Part shown: positions 60,300 to 64,000 of the stretch, piece after piece
Numbering within the stretch: position 1 is the stretch's first letter
How the letters are laid out: each line of letters starts with the position of its first letter
Virus record (IMG/VR): IMGVR_UViG_3300008266_000033
Coordinates: 64,412 to 128,411 of that record
DNA length: 64,000 bases
Strand: one strand, 5' to 3'
DNA from: a virus
Program-made: the position numbers and the translations under genes
Notes under the pieces: model-generated
Told to the model about the DNA's origin: nothing
Seen by the model: only the letters and a program-made list of their open reading frames with translations
The model's database searches: none

Positions 60300-61108
60300 T
60301 ACTTACCTTTTAATTTAGAAATTACTTTTTCAGCTAGTTTCTTTTTATATTCATTAAGTACTGGTTCTTCATCAGAGTAATCTACATATTCCATAATGTA
60401 ATGCATAGGTTCACCTTGAGGTTCATCTTCACTTTGTAGATAATCAGAAACAGATTGTAAATAATCTTGAGCTTTAGTTAATTTGGATTGAACCCATGCA
60501 TCTAATTGTTCCCCATCATCTATAAGATTAGCTAATTTATCAACATTTTGCTTAATAGATGTTAATTGAGAATCAGCCATGCTTGATTCATCATTTTGTT
60601 GCATCCAATCATCTTCTTTAAGCATAGCTTTTTTAATAGCTAAATCTCTTGCAGCTAAATAATCTTTAGAATCAATTTTTCCATCAGGTTTTCCTTCAGG
60701 TCCTGTTAAATCTTTACCTTTTTTTTCAGGAATTGGTTTCATTAAAGCAGATTTAACTGCTTCTTTAATTTTTGATTGAGTTTCTTTTTTCATTGTACTT
60801 TTAGCTCTTTTTATTGAAGAACCTTTAGCCATTTTTTCAGCATCTTTACCATATTTACTAACTAATGATCTTTTATTAGTGGCGATCATAGCATTAAAAT
60901 ATTCTTGGGCTAATTCTTCTTCTTTATCAGATAAACCTTCAGAAACTTTAAGTGCTTTTTTAAGAGGTTTAATTGCTTTTTCTCTTTTTTTCTCTAAAGA
61001 TTTAGTTAATTTAGCTTTTTTGGCACCAGGTTGAGTTTGAGGTTTTCCTGTTTTAGCTAAATTAGTAGCTAAAGCATATGCTAACCCTGTTTTCTCTTTT
61101 TTTGTCAT
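60299..61108 (-). CDS. modular hypothetical protein
   Basis: Basic N-terminus, DGKIDSKDY, MA.SQL...L.AWVQSKLT.A.DYL; LKE/LNE linkers. Confidence 0.7.
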   Translation of the reverse strand: MTKKEKTGLAYALATNLAKTGKPQTQPGAKKAKLTKSLEKKREKAIKPLKKALKVSEGLSDKEEELAQEYFNAMIATNKRSLVSKYGKDAEKMAKGSSIKRAKSTMKKETQSKIKEAVKSALMKPIPEKKGKDLTGPEGKPDGKIDSKDYLAARDLAIKKAMLKEDDWMQQNDESSMADSQLTSIKQNVDKLANLIDDGEQLDAWVQSKLTKAQDYLQSVSDYLQSEDEPQGEPMHYIMEYVDYSDEEPVLNEYKKKLAEKVISKLKGK

Positions 61109-61530
61109 TACATTTCTTCGTCTGAGGAAATCTGAGTTCTGGTGAAATAAGTTAAAACATTACCTATTTGTCTAGTAAGTTTTTTATCTCCTAATTTTTT
61201 AGATGCTTTTAGAGCTTGCATTAACTCTTTTTGAACTTGTTCAGGAGTAGTTAATTCAGTATCTCCTTCATCATCCATAGGCATTTCATCAGCAGGCATT
61301 TCTTCTGGTGCTTCTTCAGCAGGCATTTCTTCTTCTGCTGGTACTTCTTCTTCTGCTTTTTTGGCCTCTTCTAATTCATCTTCAGGAGTTTCCATTTCCT
61401 TAAGAATCATTTCTTTAATTTTAGCTTTTAAAGAAGATTTAGTATATGTTTCTTGCATTTCTTCCTCAGGCATAAAACCTTCTGTTAATATACCTGCAAG
61501 TTTTTGCATTCTTTTAATATCTAAGCTCAT
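61108..61530 (-). CDS. acidic scaffold-like protein with N-terminal RMQKLAG
   Basis: MSLDIKRMQKLAGILTE; SSLKAKIKEMILKE. Confidence 0.75.
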   Translation of the reverse strand: MSLDIKRMQKLAGILTEGFMPEEEMQETYTKSSLKAKIKEMILKEMETPEDELEEAKKAEEEVPAEEEMPAEEAPEEMPADEMPMDDEGDTELTTPEQVQKELMQALKASKKLGDKKLTRQIGNVLTYFTRTQISSDEEM

Positions 61531-61557
61531 AATATTTTTATTTTATTTATAAATATG

Positions 61558-62172
61558 TTATTTTTTTAAAAAAGTATCTAGTATAGTTCCAATAGAGCCT
61601 ACCTTTTGTCTAACAAATATAGATTCTTCATTATTTAATCGTCTGTGGGCTTTATTAAAGGAAATACCTAATAAAGCTACAAACCTTCCACTTAAATCAT
61701 CAATAGCATAAAAATATAGTGATTCACCAGGAATATCTGTAAATGAATGTAGATTATATTCTTCAGTAGCAGTTTTAGTTAAAATTTCTAAATTTCCCTC
61801 TTTATAAACTCTAGATAATAATTTAGGAAATAACGATACTGGAATATTATGAAATGTATCTGTTATAGAATGAGTTTGTGGAGAGGTTTTTTCAAAAAAT
61901 ATTGAGAATTTTTGAATTGATTTTCCTGTAGGGTAAAAATGACCTCCATTGTGGAATTGAGCTATCCATATTCTATCACACTCAATAATCTCCATTATAT
62001 TATGAAGTTGCTGATCAATTAAATTATTATTATCAATAGATTCTTTTAAAGGATCATATTTTTTAGCTATTTTTTCTCTAAACCAGGCTACTACCATAGG
62101 TCCAATAACAGCAGTTATTAGAGCAACAAATATAGTAACCCACTGTTGAGTAACTACAAATAAATTAATCAT
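61558..62172 (-). CDS. putative holin (single N-terminal TM plus GAF-like domain, T4 T-like)
   Basis: TIFVALITAVIGPMVVAWF, then CDRIWIAQFHNG GAF-like pattern. Confidence 0.55.
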   Translation of the reverse strand: MINLFVVTQQWVTIFVALITAVIGPMVVAWFREKIAKKYDPLKESIDNNNLIDQQLHNIMEIIECDRIWIAQFHNGGHFYPTGKSIQKFSIFFEKTSPQTHSITDTFHNIPVSLFPKLLSRVYKEGNLEILTKTATEEYNLHSFTDIPGESLYFYAIDDLSGRFVALLGISFNKAHRRLNNEESIFVRQKVGSIGTILDTFLKK

Positions 62173-62178
62173 GTTAGG

Positions 62179-62751
62179 TTAGGTTTTTTTGAGGTTTTGT
62201 AAGTATTTGATTGTCTCTTCTTTACTTTCAAGTAACCTTTGTTTTGAAGAACCTATCCATCTTTCAACATCTCCAGCTTCGGTAATGTATGATTGATTAG
62301 ATTCATTTATTAAATCCTCCATCCAGGATTCAAAATCAACTATTAAATTATCAATGTCATTATTGATTATATTTTTTTCATATTCATCCCATAAACCTAG
62401 TCTTCTTAATTCTGTTTCAAACTCAATTTGACAACCATAACATCTTTTATACTGGATGTAAAATGGTTTATCGTATTTGTGTTTCATTAGCTTATTACAG
62501 CTAGTACAGAACAAGGGAAAAGAGGCAGATTTTTTAGCAGTATCTAATTTGGTAAAATTTTGTTTAATACCATTTTTAATGGTCCATTTTCTACCATCTT
62601 CTTCCCAAACATCACCTTCTTTATGAGATTCTTCTTTTTTTGTATAACCTACTCCAGAAGTAGAACGTTCCCCATATTTACCTTGAACTAAATTACGAAG
62701 GCGCTGGATGTCTTTCTTTTGGAATTCTTTCTTTAAAACTGATTCTGACAT
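62179..62751 (-). CDS. hypothetical Zn-ribbon protein
   Basis: C..C (CTSC) and CYGC; EGDVWEE.G..W.IKNGIK. Confidence 0.7.
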   Translation of the reverse strand: MSESVLKKEFQKKDIQRLRNLVQGKYGERSTSGVGYTKKEESHKEGDVWEEDGRKWTIKNGIKQNFTKLDTAKKSASFPLFCTSCNKLMKHKYDKPFYIQYKRCYGCQIEFETELRRLGLWDEYEKNIINNDIDNLIVDFESWMEDLINESNQSYITEAGDVERWIGSSKQRLLESKEETIKYLQNLKKT

Positions 62752-62756
62752 TGGAG

Positions 62757-63137
62757 TTATTTTTTCTTATTCATTGGGGTTTCCCCTTTTAATTTAGCAA
62801 TTCTTTCCTTAGCGGCTTTAGCTTTTTCAGAAATTTCTTTTTTAGTACTTCTGTAGCTTTCCATTTCAGTTTCTAATTCATTTAATTGAGATTCAAACTC
62901 TTTGAGTAATTCATTAGCTGTTCTATTAGCTTCTGATCTATTTTTATATACTCCGTGAGTTTCATCTTTATTAATTTCATCAAAAACTGTAACTTCACAA
63001 ACCATATCTTCTTTAGCCATTCCCATTTTAGGACGTTTTACTTGATAAACCTTTCCAATATCATCATATACTTCATATTGGGGTTCGGTTTCTTCTAATA
63101 TTTCTAAAATAAGTGATTTTAATTGTGACAGTTTCAT
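62757..63137 (-). CDS. hypothetical protein with leader MKLSQLKSLILEILEE
   Basis: 126 aa; late motif at 63155-63164. Confidence 0.72.
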   Translation of the reverse strand: MKLSQLKSLILEILEETEPQYEVYDDIGKVYQVKRPKMGMAKEDMVCEVTVFDEINKDETHGVYKNRSEANRTANELLKEFESQLNELETEMESYRSTKKEISEKAKAAKERIAKLKGETPMNKKK

Positions 63138-63170
63138 AATTATTATATTTTTATTTATAAATATATATTT

Positions 63171-64000
63171 TTAACGAGAAGGTTCGTTATATATTACATT
63201 TCCTTTATCATACAAATCTTTTAATACATTTAAATCTCGTTTTGAAAGTGAACCTATAAAAGGATAAAATTCATCTTTTACAACTTGATTTTTTGGTATT
63301 AAAATAATAAATGGTTGGTCTCCATAGGGTAGAAATGTATAATAAGGACCTAAATCAACCAATTCTAATGTATAATCTGCTTTAAAAACATCAGTATCTA
63401 TGATAGCTTTGCATCTATGAATTTTTCCTGTATCAAAATCAAGACTAGAGGGTTTGTTTATCTTAATTTCCTGTAAACCATCTATATCTTTAAGTAGATT
63501 TTTAGGATCTTCAATTGTAAAATATTCTTTTGTAAGTCTAGTAAAATACTCTCCAGATAAATTGTAAGAAAATCTATTTAACATTCCCGTAGGAGGACCA
63601 ACAACTAATTGTTGTGGTAATTCATTTTTTATTTTTTCAAATATTTCAGGTTTAAGAGTTACAAGAATATTTGGTCCTATAGATTGATATGTTTTAGAAC
63701 AACAAAGATCAGAAATAGAACGATCTGTTAATTTCATTCCTTTATAAGAAATAGTTCCTGAAAACATTCCTGGATATTTTTCAGGATTAACAGCATGTTC
63801 AACTGTATAAACTAATAATCCTGAGGGTCGTTTTATAGAAATTTCATCTATATTATATTTTTTATAGTATTTATCTAAGATAGGAGAATTAATATATTGT
63901 TTAAATATTTTTAGTAAAGTTACTTTTTTATTTCCAGGGGCTCGTTTTAAAGCATCTTTTATAACCTCATCATCGAATTTAGCAATAACATCTCCTGCTT
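63171..64000 (-). CDS. modular protein (putative polyprotein), 5' end outside the window
   Basis: Frame is open from the window edge (AGDVIAKFDD...); junctions NIDEISIKRP and GLQEIKINKP. Confidence 0.7.
   Translation of the reverse strand, partial: AGDVIAKFDDEVIKDALKRAPGNKKVTLLKIFKQYINSPILDKYYKKYNIDEISIKRPSGLLVYTVEHAVNPEKYPGMFSGTISYKGMKLTDRSISDLCCSKTYQSIGPNILVTLKPEIFEKIKNELPQQLVVGPPTGMLNRFSYNLSGEYFTRLTKEYFTIEDPKNLLKDIDGLQEIKINKPSSLDFDTGKIHRCKAIIDTDVFKADYTLELVDLGPYYTFLPYGDQPFIILIPKNQVVKDEFYPFIGSLSKRDLNVLKDLYDKGNVIYNEPSR

Larger units (their letters stand above)
4597..63164 (-). promoter_or_regulatory. dispersed late-gene motif, sense (A/G)TAT(T/G)TATAA, about 19 copies just upstream of start codons
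   Basis: Plus-strand TTATA(A/C)ATA(T/C) at 4597, 7318, 14248, 16876, 17959, 18536, 20690, 24317, 28016, 30571, 30967, 32195, 39636, 44351, 47726, 50635, 58645, 61547, 63155. Confidence 0.8.

Noticed and set aside
9635-61552. Plus-strand ORFs in the track (e.g. 9635, 17290, 22605, 44497, 51650, 60118)
   Set aside because: All lie antisense within or across long minus-strand genes, have no recognisable motifs, and look like shadow frames.
4597-63164. TATAAATA on the plus strand as canonical T4 late promoters driving antisense transcription
   Set aside because: Copies are positioned relative to minus-strand start codons and there are no plus-strand genes to transcribe; antisense use cannot be strictly excluded without RNA data.
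1-64000. Stop-codon reassignment (seen in some large Bacteroidota phages)
   Set aside because: Core genes are full length in the standard code, and TAA, TAG and TGA all occur as ends of genes tightly packed against the next gene.
1-64000. tRNA or rRNA genes
   Set aside because: Intergenic gaps are short and I found no cloverleaf or T-loop GTTCGA context in them; tRNAscan-SE would confirm.

Overview
The whole window is part of a large, AT-rich T4-like myophage genome, and essentially all real genes are on the minus strand. Seven exactly spaced (T/G/C)TTG-N20-TA(T)(A/C)TT(T/A)N promoters match the Bacteroidota -33/-7 promoter type, so the host is probably Bacteroidota (inference). In window order: a replication module (DnaB-like helicase, 5'-3' exonuclease, UvsX/RecA, gp32-like SSB, a short divergent family A polymerase); baseplate, tape measure, tail chaperone, tube and sheath; tail fibre and LamG genes; neck genes; a PhoH / PSD-like decarboxylase / amidinotransferase cassette; major capsid, scaffold, prohead protease, portal and large terminase; and about 20 kb of accessory genes. 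The most striking signal is in that accessory block. Many proteins share short helical leaders ending in (L/I)xE, the T4 gp21-type cleavage site. Two genes reuse the scaffold's C-terminal RMQKLAG peptide. Several look like polyproteins whose modules are joined by an (L/I/M)xE-I-x-(V/I)-x-x-P junction. Together these suggest a capsid-loading and protease-processed cargo system. Other highlights: a +1/-2 frameshift candidate in the tail chaperone gene; a possible Arg->Orn->putrescine two-gene cassette using a soluble PSD-fold enzyme; a pseudoknotted RNA overlapping a terminator; and a late-gene motif ATATTTATAA that contains the reverse complement of the T4 late promoter. All product calls come from motif recognition by eye; no database searches were run.
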